From the NCBI GenBank assembly GCA_963775365.1, contig CAVZJL010000054.1, positions 41,151 through 105,150 on the forward strand: a DNA stretch of 64,000 bases, in the 5' to 3' direction. The DNA comes from an uncultured Acidobacteriaceae bacterium (lineage in GTDB: Bacteria > Acidobacteriota > Terriglobia > Terriglobales > Acidobacteriaceae). The notes beneath the pieces are model-generated. The model did not search any database, was not told the DNA's origin, and saw nothing but the letters and a program-made list of their open reading frames with translations. The translations under genes were made by a program, and so were the position numbers. Of this stretch, positions 40,920 through 49,560 are shown piece by piece (within the stretch, counting starts at the first letter, position 1; each line of letters starts with the position of its first letter).

Positions 40920-43041
40920 TCAGGTCAGCGGCATCGAGGACCAGGTCGACCACTCGAACTGATCGAACTGGTCGCCTGGGACTCGCTCGTAGTGCACGTA
41001 CTGGCTCAACCCGTCGGTGGTAATGGCGACGAGGACGCCGACGCGGCCGATGATGGCGCTGGCCGAGATGGTGGCGACGCGCCCGGGCGGGCTCGGTACC
41101 TTGGTCCACTCCGACCAGACGGACGCCCCGCCCACGAGCTGCGGCCGCGAGGCGCTGAGCCAGATGCGGCCGCCCCGTGACAGCGCGAAGACCTCGAACT
41201 TGTTCCGCAGCGAGGAGCAGGTGACGACCTCGACGGGGAAGCGCCGCCCGCCCACCTCTCGCCAGCCGGACCAGCTAGTGCCCCGGACGCGGGACTTGCA
41301 GAAGACGCCGCTGGCGACGCTGATCAGCGCCAGGTCGTTGCCGTTGCTGCACGCGGCGATCGCGGTAGCCTTGCGCTCGCCAGGCCCGGGAATCGCCGGC
41401 CCGAAGGAGTGGTCGAATCCCTCGTGCCAGATGCCGCCCGCCACGTCCAGGATGAACAGCTCAGGGTTGCCCGCACCGGCACTCCCCGCGGGGCCGGCGG
41501 AAATGGCGACGTCCGCCACCGCGGGACGGAAGGCGGGCAGGGGATGCATCGGCGCCCAGTTCCCCTGAGCGCCGATCCACGGGTGCCCTTCGACGACGCT
41601 CATGACGTACGCGCCGCTCGCCGTGAGCGCCGATACCTCACCAGCGGGTGACGACGTGTTCTCCCAGTCACTCCAGGTCCAGTTGGCCCCGCCGGTGGAC
41701 GCGTCCCGGTAGGCGCGGGTCCGGATCCCGCCGTACTCGTTCAGGGCGAAGACTTGCAGCAGGCCGGGAACCGGCCACCCGCAGGCGAGGAGCGGCACGG
41801 GCGGCGCGGCCGACGGATGCGGCGGCTGGGACGGGTGGGAAGGCTGCTCGGGTTGCTCCTGCTGGGGGACGCCCGCGATCGGCCCCGACGGAGCAGGGCC
41901 GGGAGGAAGAGGCAGCGCCGCGGCCGGCTCGGCAACCAGCGCTGGCAGCAGTGCCGGCACCGGGACTGACGCCGGCGCCAGCAGCGAGCGCCCCGGTCGG
42001 AGGCCGGCTTGGTCTCGATGAGCGACTCGGACGCGTCGGCTGATTCAGCCTCGGGCGCCGACGGGGCCTGGGCGGCCGGCGGCTCGGCGGCCACCGAATC
42101 CGGCGGGGCCAGCGCCGGGGGCGCGGCAACCGGAGACACGGCAACCGGGGCCGCCGCGCGCGGCGCGGGCGGGGCGGGCGAGCCCAGCTGGCTAAAGAGC
42201 GTTTCCTTGTAGAGGTCGGTGCTGATCTGGGCAAGGGCAGCGCGGACATCGCCGGCCTTGCGCGGCCGGTCGGCGGCGTCCTTGGCGAGGAGCGCGACGA
42301 CAAGGTCATTGAGGGGCTCCGGGACCTCCGGGTTGAGGTCATGCGCCGGCACGGGCGACTCGGTGAGATGCTGGTGCATGACGACGGGCAGCCCCGGGCC
42401 GATGAACGGGGGCTGGCCGGTCAGCATCTCGTGCAGGATGCAGCCCAGCGCGTACAGGTCCACGCTGGCGCTCGCGCCGGCCCCAGCCACTGCTCCGGCG
42501 CCATGTAGGCGGGAGTGCCGATGACTTCCCCGGTCATCGAGAGGGACGACGTCGAGTTGAGGTCCCGGGCGAGGCCGAAGTCGCAGACCTTCAGCCGGTC
42601 CCCGACCTGGATGAAGATGTTGGCGGGCTTCAGGTCACGGTGCACGATCCCCGTCGCGTGCGCGGCGATCAGCGCGTCGGCCAGCTGGATGCCGAAGTCC
42701 AGCGCACGGCTCACCACCAGCCCCTCGGGAAAGGCGGCCATGACCTTGCCCAGGTCCTCGCCGCGCAGCAGCTCAGTGACGATGAACATCTGGCCATCGT
42801 GCTCGTCGTAGTCGTAGACCACCGTGATGCACGCGTGCTGCAGGCTGGCGGCCGTGGCGGCCTCCCGGTGGAACCGCTTGCGCATCGTCTTGTCCGGGTC
42901 GGCGTCGCGCAGGACCTTGATGGCCACCGCGCGGCTCAGCTTCAGGTCCTGCCCACGCCAGACCTCGCCGGAGGCCCCGCGCCCCAGACGCTCATCAAGC
43001 CGGTACCTGCCGGTAAGGACGTTCTCCGACTCCACACGCAC
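40920..43041 (-). pseudogene. Ser/Thr protein kinase with Pro/Ala linker and C-terminal W-rich beta-propeller-like domain, at least two frameshifts
   Basis: GTG 43041; GRGASGEVW, AIK, HRDLKPANI, DFG, GTPAYMAPEQW; CC run near 42487 breaks the frame before AGAGASASVDLYALGCILHEMLTG; second break in the 41960-42060 linker; C-terminal ORF 40920..41960. Confidence 0.8.
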
Positions 43042-43218
43042 ACGTTACCTGTCCCCAACGTCGTCAATGGCAACGTCCGCCAGAAGAGGCGACAATTCTG
43101 CCTGTGCTCCCGAATTGCTAACAACTCTTCCGCTTGGGCACTGGCGTATTTATCGGCCTCGAAGTTACCGGGCTGGTGGCGGCCGACCGCTGCGGGTAGC
43201 GTAGAGGGGACAAACTCA

Positions 43219-43391
43219 AACACGGGAGCTCGGGCGAACCGGGCTGAGAGGGCGGCTAGCACGCCGGCGCGAGCACCGCGCCAGTCAGCGGCACAGTGCA
43301 GCGACACAGTCCAGCGACACAGTCCAGCGACACAGTGCAGCGCCGCCGACCGTCGGAACCTGTCCGGGTAATGCCGGCGTAGGAAGGCGTG
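43219..43391 (+). promoter_or_regulatory. TPP (THI-box) riboswitch
   Basis: cacgggagctcgggcgaaccgggCTGAGAgggcggc ... gccgccgaccgtcggAACCTGTCCGGGTAATGCCGGCGTAGGAAGGcgtg immediately before ATG 43394; the 3' P1 strand covers the GGAAGG ribosome-binding site. Confidence 0.85.
43286..43342. repeat. 13-nt tandem repeat (about 4.4 units) inside the riboswitch P3 loop
   Basis: cagcggcacagtg cagcgacacagtc cagcgacacagtc cagcgacacagtg cagcg. Confidence 0.8.
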
Positions 43392-43393
43392 CC

Positions 43394-44893
43394 ATGGCTG
43401 CCGACGCGCACCGCCAGAAGTCAGACCAGCACAGCTCCGACCAGCACGGCCCTGGCCAGCACAGCTCCGTCCAGCACACCTCTGGCCAGGCCACGCCGGC
43501 CAGTGCGGCGCCAGCCAGTGCGACGCCAGCCAATGCCACTCCGCCCGGTGCCACTCCGCAGTTCACCATCATCGCGGCCGGCCGGCGCGCCGAGGCCCCC
43601 AAGACCCTCGCGGAGCCGGTCCCGCAGCCGCTTACCCTGCTTGACCAGTTCGGCCTCTGGAGCAACCTGGGCGTCAGCCTGCTTGGCTTTACCGGGGCGC
43701 TGTTCGTCCTGCGGCCCTACGGGGCCGGGACTCCGGCGCTGAGCCTCGCGGCCGCGCTCACCGCGATCGTCGTTGGCACCCTCATTGGTACCGTCCCCGT
43801 CGCCCTGGCCGGCGTCCAGGGCGCGCGGACCGGCGCTCCGGCCATGGTCTTGCTCCGCGGCCTGTTCGGTGCCAGGCTCTCCTACCTGCCGACCGCGATG
43901 AACATCGTCCAGTGCTTCGGCTGGGGCATCTTCGAGCTGGTCACGATCGCGACCGCCGCGCACACCATCGCACCGCGGCTGCCCAGGCCCGGCTACGTCC
44001 TGATCGCGGGCGTCGTCACCGGCCTGCTGACGATCCACCCGCTCGGCGCGATCAGGACGCTGCGCCGATACGCCACGGCGGCCGTGATCATCGTGGGCCT
44101 CTACATCCTGGTCCAGTTGCTCCGGCAGCCCTTGCCGAGCCTCACGGCCGGCACCTGGTCTGGCTTCTGGGCCGCCACTGACACCGTGGTCGGCGTCGGC
44201 ATCTCCTTCGTCCCGCTCGCCGCGGACTACACCCGGCACTCGCGAAGCCCCCGGGAGGCCGCGGCCGGCGCGCTCATCGGCTACAGCACCACCCAGGTCC
44301 TCTGCTACGCGCTTGGCCTGCTCGCCCTGCTGACGGTCGCCAGGCACAGCGGGGACATCTTCGGTGCGTTCATCGCGCTGCCGTTCGGCTCGCTGGCGTT
44401 CGCCGTCCTCGCCGCCCGCGAGCTCGACCAGTCCTTCGCCGACGTCTACTCGACGGCCATGTCCGTCCAGAACCTTAAGCCCCATTGGGACCGCCGAGTC
44501 CTGGCCGTCGTGATCACGGCGCTGGCCACGGCGGGCGCGCTCTGGCTGAACATCGCGGATTACGAGAACTTCCTCACCCTCATTGGCTCCATTTTCGTCC
44601 CGCTGAGCGCGGTGCTCGTGGTGGACTACTTCATCGTCTCGAAGGGCGACTGGGACCTTTCGCAGCGGGCGGGCACCCGCTGGCGGTCGCTCATCCCCTG
44701 GGCTGCGGGCTTCGTCGTATACCAGCTCATCAATCCCGGCTACGTGACCTGGTGGGTCGCCCTCTGGAGGAGGGTCGACAACGGCATCGGCTTCACCCCG
44801 GCTAGCTGGATGTCCGCCTCTATCTTGTCGTTCGTCACCGCTGGCCTCCTCACCCTGCTTGTCTCGCTCCCGGGGGGCCGGAAGCGGGCCTGA
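43394..44893 (+). CDS. NCS1-family permease, probably thiamine-precursor (HMP, CytX-like) transporter
   Basis: 499 aa, intact; about 12 hydrophobic segments, LLDQFGLWSNLGVSLLGF start of core; TPP riboswitch upstream; low-complexity N-terminal extension DQHSSDQHGPGQHSSVQHTSGQ. Confidence 0.75.
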   Translation: MAADAHRQKSDQHSSDQHGPGQHSSVQHTSGQATPASAAPASATPANATPPGATPQFTIIAAGRRAEAPKTLAEPVPQPLTLLDQFGLWSNLGVSLLGFTGALFVLRPYGAGTPALSLAAALTAIVVGTLIGTVPVALAGVQGARTGAPAMVLLRGLFGARLSYLPTAMNIVQCFGWGIFELVTIATAAHTIAPRLPRPGYVLIAGVVTGLLTIHPLGAIRTLRRYATAAVIIVGLYILVQLLRQPLPSLTAGTWSGFWAATDTVVGVGISFVPLAADYTRHSRSPREAAAGALIGYSTTQVLCYALGLLALLTVARHSGDIFGAFIALPFGSLAFAVLAARELDQSFADVYSTAMSVQNLKPHWDRRVLAVVITALATAGALWLNIADYENFLTLIGSIFVPLSAVLVVDYFIVSKGDWDLSQRAGTRWRSLIPWAAGFVVYQLINPGYVTWWVALWRRVDNGIGFTPASWMSASILSFVTAGLLTLLVSLPGGRKRA

Positions 44894-45400
44894 TCGAAGC
44901 CGCCATCGGCCGCCACCGTTGTTATTGAGTGATGTTGGTGTAGCCCTGCCGCATACCTCCGGTGTCTGGCTACGGGGATGACGGCAGGCTGCCACGGGAC
45001 TTTCTGAGCGACCCGGCGGTGAAGCAGTCATTTCGCCCGCATGCGGCAGCCGCCGAATTGTCGAGCGATGCTGACGTTGCCCTTCCTCCCTGCCGCTTAC
45101 CTCTTGCGTTGCAGGGGCACCTTTGATCTCTGTGGTCGCTGCTTGCGCTGGAGTACCGGGCAGGCTGGTCTTCCGGGGCGGCCTTGCGCCCGACTTTCCT
45201 GTCGTGGTCATGATCGTGGGTCTTTAGTAGCGCTGGGACGCTACGAAAGACACACGATCATGGAAATACAGGCCGGGAAGCCCGGCCCCGCGGTGAATTT
45301 CCCCGTCCAGGCCTGCCGCGCACCGGACGTGGTACGGCTGCGCATTCCCGGGGTGGCTGTTGTTGCCGGCGAGCCGCTGTTGCCGGCGAGCCGCGAAAGG

Positions 45401-46405
45401 CTAGTACTGCCGCACGGGGACGGGGACGGGGGCGAACGCGCTGGCGGCGGCGGTGATCTGCTCCGCTGGCTTGTCGATCATCCGGTCGGCGATCGTGATC
45501 GGCGTCCCGTAGAGCTGGCAGGACTTCTCGAACCTGCGCCCGGCGCCATTCCCTTGCAGCGCGCGCAGTGAGGCCTGCGGATCGGCGGGCACGAAGGCGA
45601 CGATCGTCGTGGCCTGCCTGCGCCCGCGCCGGGAACCCTGGAGCGGGATCAGTCGCACTTCGGCCAGTTCCGGCCAGGGGAGCGTGTAGCGGTATCGCGG
45701 CATGTGCACGCCGTCCGCGTCCAGCGTCAGGATCGGGCGTCGCAGCCCCCAGCGCAGCACGCTGATCGCGCCCAGCACTGCCAGCGCGATCAGGAAGACG
45801 CTGAACAACACCAGAACCAGGCGTTCCGCCGCAATGGTATTGTCCGCCAGCGAGCCATAGGCCAGGCCAAGGCACCCCAGCCCGAACAGCAGCCCCAGCT
45901 GCCGCGAGACCCGGCCCCGGTTGTACTTCACGGTGAGCTCCTGCCCGGCGGGCGCCTGTTGCCCCCGGATCGTCGCCGTGCCCTGCGCGCCGGCCGGGGC
46001 GCCATAGTCGGCCGGGGCGCCATAGCCGCCGGCCGGGGCGCCATAGCCGGCCGGGGCCAGCGCCATCTTGTTGGCCATCTCCATCTTCGACAGCAAGCTC
46101 ACGCGAAGCATGGGCGCCAGAACGATGGCAAATACCAGCAGCAGCGCGATAACCGTCGCGAGGCCGGTATTTACCCGGGGTGACCAGGCCCCGATGGAAG
46201 CGCCGGCCGCGGCGGCCAGCCCCGCCAGGAGGGCCACCACCCATTTCGTTCGGCGCCGGGCCCGGGCCACTGCGTGCCGGGCGTACCGTTCGGCCACGGC
46301 GGCCACGCGAGGGTCGGGGTGCGGCCGTAGTTGCCGGGCGTTGCGTTGAACCGCGCGCCTGGTCTGCGCGTCAAGCCCGCGCCAATCGCCTCGAGGAGTC
46401 GTCAC
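45401..46405 (-). CDS. hypothetical membrane protein with C-terminal PH-like region
   Basis: 334 aa; four hydrophobic segments, GYGAPAGGYGAPADYGAPAG repeat loop; high GC3 in this frame versus the overlapping 45258..46244 ORF. Confidence 0.5.
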   Translation of the reverse strand: MTTPRGDWRGLDAQTRRAVQRNARQLRPHPDPRVAAVAERYARHAVARARRRTKWVVALLAGLAAAAGASIGAWSPRVNTGLATVIALLLVFAIVLAPMLRVSLLSKMEMANKMALAPAGYGAPAGGYGAPADYGAPAGAQGTATIRGQQAPAGQELTVKYNRGRVSRQLGLLFGLGCLGLAYGSLADNTIAAERLVLVLFSVFLIALAVLGAISVLRWGLRRPILTLDADGVHMPRYRYTLPWPELAEVRLIPLQGSRRGRRQATTIVAFVPADPQASLRALQGNGAGRRFEKSCQLYGTPITIADRMIDKPAEQITAAASAFAPVPVPVRQY

Positions 46406-46520
46406 ATCGGGGACAATAGCGCCCTTTGGCGCATTGAGCGGTCGTAATCATGTGGCCGCGATTAAGAGATCGCTTAATCGAGTCTCGCGGGGCACGACTC
46501 GACGGCCTACAGTCGACAGC

Positions 46521-46802
46521 ATGGGCGCATCGCATCCTGAGGCACAGCGCGCTGAGGCGCTGGAAGTACTGCGCGAGGTCTGGCGCAGCCAGGGACAGGA
46601 CTCCGGAGCCGTCGACGATGGCTGCGAGACGAATTCCTGCAGGCGGATGACCGAGGCGGGCGTGGGCTTCGATGAGTTCGCCGGGGAGTCCGCGACCGAG
46701 AAGGACCTCGTCGCCGCGTGGCGTGACCGGCTCAAGCGCGAGGGCAAGTACAACGCCACCGGCGGCAGTCTGCGGGACCTCATCCAGGGCCAGCGCCCCT
46801 AA
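46521..46802 (+). CDS. hypothetical small protein upstream of MoxR ATPase
   Basis: ATG 46521; 93 aa; strongly G/C-biased third positions in this frame; no recognisable motif. Confidence 0.45.
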   Translation: MGASHPEAQRAEALEVLREVWRSQGQDSGAVDDGCETNSCRRMTEAGVGFDEFAGESATEKDLVAAWRDRLKREGKYNATGGSLRDLIQGQRP

Positions 46803-46808
46803 CCGCCA

Positions 46809-47717
46809 GTGCCCCAGCAAACCCCGGCGGGCTACCCGTCAACCGTCGCCGAGCTGACCGCCGACCTCAAGACGGGCGGCTACCTGGCCGACCGCGGCCT
46901 CGCGACCACCCTTTACGTGGCCCTCACGCTGCGCCGCCCCGTCCTGCTTGAGGGCGAGGTCGGCGTGGGCAAGACCGAGGCCGCTAAGGCGCTCGCCGCG
47001 ACGTACGGCAAGAAGCTCATCCGGTTGCAGTGCTATGAGGGCATCGACACCAGCCAGGCGATCTACGAGTGGGACTACGCCCGGCAGATGATGCACATCC
47101 GCGCCCTGCAGCTAGCGCCCGCGGCCGATCCTCGGCAGGCCGGCGACGACGCGATCGACGAGCTGTTCGGCCCGCGGTTCCTGCTGGAGCGCCCGTTGCT
47201 CGAAGCACTGAGGGCCGGCGATGGCGCGGTGCTGCTCATCGACGAGGTGGACCGGGCCGACGACGAGTTCGAGGCGTTCCTGCTGGAGATCTTGTCGGAC
47301 TTCCAGATCACGATCCCGGAGATCGGCACCGTCCGGGCGCTCAGCAACCCCACGGTCATCTTGACCTCCAACCGGACCCGCGAGCTGCACGACGCGCTGC
47401 GCCGCCGGTGCCTCTACCACTGGCTCGGCTACCCCACGGCGGACCGCGAGGCCGAGATCGTCGCCACCCGCGCCCCGCAGGCAACCGCCGAGCTGACGCG
47501 GAAGGTCGTGCGGGCCGTCCGCCGGCTCCGCGAGCTGGACCTGGCCAAGCCGCCCGGGGTGGCCGAGACGATCGACTGGGTGCGCACCCTCGAGGTGCTC
47601 GGCGAGGCCGACCTCACCCCGCAGGCGGCTGGAGACACTCTTGGCGCCGTCATTAAGGACCGCGACGACCTGGACCTCGCCCGCGCGAGCCTGGAAGAGA
47701 TCGTCTCGGGTGGCTGA
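46809..47717 (+). CDS. MoxR-family AAA+ ATPase (CoxD-like)
   Basis: 302 aa, intact; Walker A LLEGEVGVGKT, Walker B VLLIDEVDRA, YEGIDTSQAIYEWDY. Confidence 0.85.
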   Translation: MPQQTPAGYPSTVAELTADLKTGGYLADRGLATTLYVALTLRRPVLLEGEVGVGKTEAAKALAATYGKKLIRLQCYEGIDTSQAIYEWDYARQMMHIRALQLAPAADPRQAGDDAIDELFGPRFLLERPLLEALRAGDGAVLLIDEVDRADDEFEAFLLEILSDFQITIPEIGTVRALSNPTVILTSNRTRELHDALRRRCLYHWLGYPTADREAEIVATRAPQATAELTRKVVRAVRRLRELDLAKPPGVAETIDWVRTLEVLGEADLTPQAAGDTLGAVIKDRDDLDLARASLEEIVSGG

Positions 47718-48873
47718 GCGGCGGGCACCGGATGACCGTTTCACCGAGGCTGAAGACGGCTTCGCCGGGGCACTCGTCGGCTTCGCCCGCGAGCTACGCG
47801 CCGCGGGCCTGGCCGTCGGCACCGGCGACGTCGTGACCTATGTCGAGGCGGCGGCCGCGCTGCGCCCTTCGGACCTGCTCGACCTCTACTGGGCGGGCCG
47901 GGTGACCCTGGTCACCCGCCGGGACGACATCCCGCCCTATGACCGCGCGTTCCGCGCCTATTTCCTGGCCGAGGACTCCCCGGCGAGCGAGCCGCTGCGG
48001 CTCACCGCGACCGCCCGCGCGCAGGCCAGCGCCGCCCTGGCGGTACCCGCCGCCGACCCCGGCCCGCAGGAAGAAGGCCGCGACCAGCAGCGGCTGGGCC
48101 TGATGGCATCCGATGTCGCCGCGCTGAAGCGACGGTCGTTCGCCTCGTGCGACCCGGACGAGCTCGCTGCCCTGCGCCGCATCATGCGCACCATCAAGCT
48201 CACCCCGCCACGCCGCCGCACCCGTCGCACGCGGGCGGCCGCCTCGGGCACCATTCCGGACCTGCGAAACACCATCCGGAACGAAACTCGCCTCACCGCC
48301 CGCCCAGCTCCGCTGCTCTACCGGCAACGCAAAACCAGGCTCCGCCCGCTTATCCTCGTCCTTGACGTCTCCGGCTCGATGGCGGATTACTCCCGGCACC
48401 TGCTGCAATTCGCGCACACGGCGCGGCACGCTGCCGCGAAGGTAGAGGTCTTCTGCTTTGGCACCCGGCTTACCCGCATTACGCGTCAGCTTCGGGCGCG
48501 CAACATTGACATGGCGCTGGAGCGTGCTGGCGAGTCCGTTCGGGATTGGGAAAGTGGAACCCGGATCGGAGAGTCACTGGACGAGCTCATCCGGCGGTGG
48601 GGACGGGCCGGAATGTGCCGGGGCGCGGTCGTCGTCATCTGCTCGGACGGGCTGGACCGCGGGGATCCCGAGTTGCTGGCGGCCAGCATGGAGCGGCTGG
48701 GGCGGCTGGCGTACCGGGTCGTGTGGCTGAACCCGCATAAGGGGGACAATCGCGACTTCCGGCCGTCCAGCGTGGGCATGATGGTGGCAGCACCGCACGT
48801 CGACCTGCTGCTGTCCGGCCACGACCTGGCGAGCCTGGAAGAGCTTGCGGCGCTGCTGCCCGTCCTGAACTAG
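47710..48873 (+). CDS. VWA domain protein (CoxE-like)
   Basis: GTG 47710 overlapping the MoxR stop; ALVGFARELRAAGLAVGTGDVV...DLYWAGRVTLVTRRDDIPPYDRAF (VWA_CoxE-type N-terminus); MIDAS-like LVLDVSGSM. Confidence 0.8.
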   Translation: MAERRAPDDRFTEAEDGFAGALVGFARELRAAGLAVGTGDVVTYVEAAAALRPSDLLDLYWAGRVTLVTRRDDIPPYDRAFRAYFLAEDSPASEPLRLTATARAQASAALAVPAADPGPQEEGRDQQRLGLMASDVAALKRRSFASCDPDELAALRRIMRTIKLTPPRRRTRRTRAAASGTIPDLRNTIRNETRLTARPAPLLYRQRKTRLRPLILVLDVSGSMADYSRHLLQFAHTARHAAAKVEVFCFGTRLTRITRQLRARNIDMALERAGESVRDWESGTRIGESLDELIRRWGRAGMCRGAVVVICSDGLDRGDPELLAASMERLGRLAYRVVWLNPHKGDNRDFRPSSVGMMVAAPHVDLLLSGHDLASLEELAALLPVLN

Positions 48874-48901
48874 CTGTTTGCTGGAGGTGCCGTGATCCGG
48901 C

Positions 48902-49276
48902 TTGGCTCGCTGGCCGGCTTACCCGTTCGAGGGGCCGCGGCTGCTGGTCGGCTGGGCCGCGCCGGCCGTCGCCGCGGTGTACGCGATCACGTGCAAGCCG
49001 GACCCGGCTCGAGAGCAGCACGCGGTGATCTACGTGGGCCATGGCGCTGACTTGTCGGCGGAGCGGTTCCCCTTCCGGCACCCGGCGGCACCGGCCTGGA
49101 TCGGCCGCGCTGGATCGAAGTTCCGGCTGTACATCTGCACTTATGAGGTGCCCGGCGGGACCGCGGGGCACCGCGAGCAGATCACCCGAGAGCTGATAGG
49201 GACCTATCGGCCGAGCTGCAACGCCGAGCAGTACTCGCCGACCTGGAAGCCCGAGTGGATCGGCGAGGAAAAGTAG
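48902..49276 (+). CDS. hypothetical protein, weak GIY-YIG-like pattern
   Basis: 124 aa (TTG start); AAVYAITCKPDPAREQHAVIYVGHGADL resembles GIY-(10)-YIG spacing; speculative. Confidence 0.35.
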   Translation: MARWPAYPFEGPRLLVGWAAPAVAAVYAITCKPDPAREQHAVIYVGHGADLSAERFPFRHPAAPAWIGRAGSKFRLYICTYEVPGGTAGHREQITRELIGTYRPSCNAEQYSPTWKPEWIGEEK

Positions 49277-49280
49277 CGGC

Positions 49281-49490
49281 GCTGCCCGCCCGCCCGCCTG
49301 CCCGCCCGCCCGCCTGGTCGGGCAAGGCCGCGATCTGGCCACCCGTTGCCGGTACTGGTGTTGTGAGATCTGGTACCCAATTTGAGCGCAGCGACGCCGG
49401 CAACGGGTGGCGCCGGGGGCTGGTTACGGGGGCGGGCAGCGGGCGGGGCGGGCGGGGCGGGCGGGGGGCTGGGGCGGGGCGGGCAGCGGG
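49281..49490. repeat. large imperfect inverted repeat: C-rich arm, 14-bp perfect stem, G-rich arm
   Basis: (ctgcccgcccgcccgc)x2 at 49282-49313; ccacccgttgccgg 49339-49352 pairs with ccggcaacgggtgg 49397-49410; G-rich tract ggcgggcagcgggcggggcgggcggggcgggcgggggg from ~49430. Confidence 0.7.
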
Positions 49491-49560
49491 GGGATGCTGG
49501 GCGCCAGTGAGGCTGATGGGGCTCGGTGGCTATTTGGGCGGCCTTGGGGGCTGACGCTGG

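Noticed and set aside
43421-45211. 596-aa minus-strand ORF, and similar long ORFs in the high-GC half (39286..40524, 45258..46244, 52938..54158, 58759..59661, 59758..60573, 61118..61960, 62596..63630)
   Set aside because: They lie antisense to, or out of frame with, genes that have clear family motifs. Their translations are Arg/Gly/Pro-rich low complexity, which is typical of stop-poor shadow ORFs in ~70% GC DNA.
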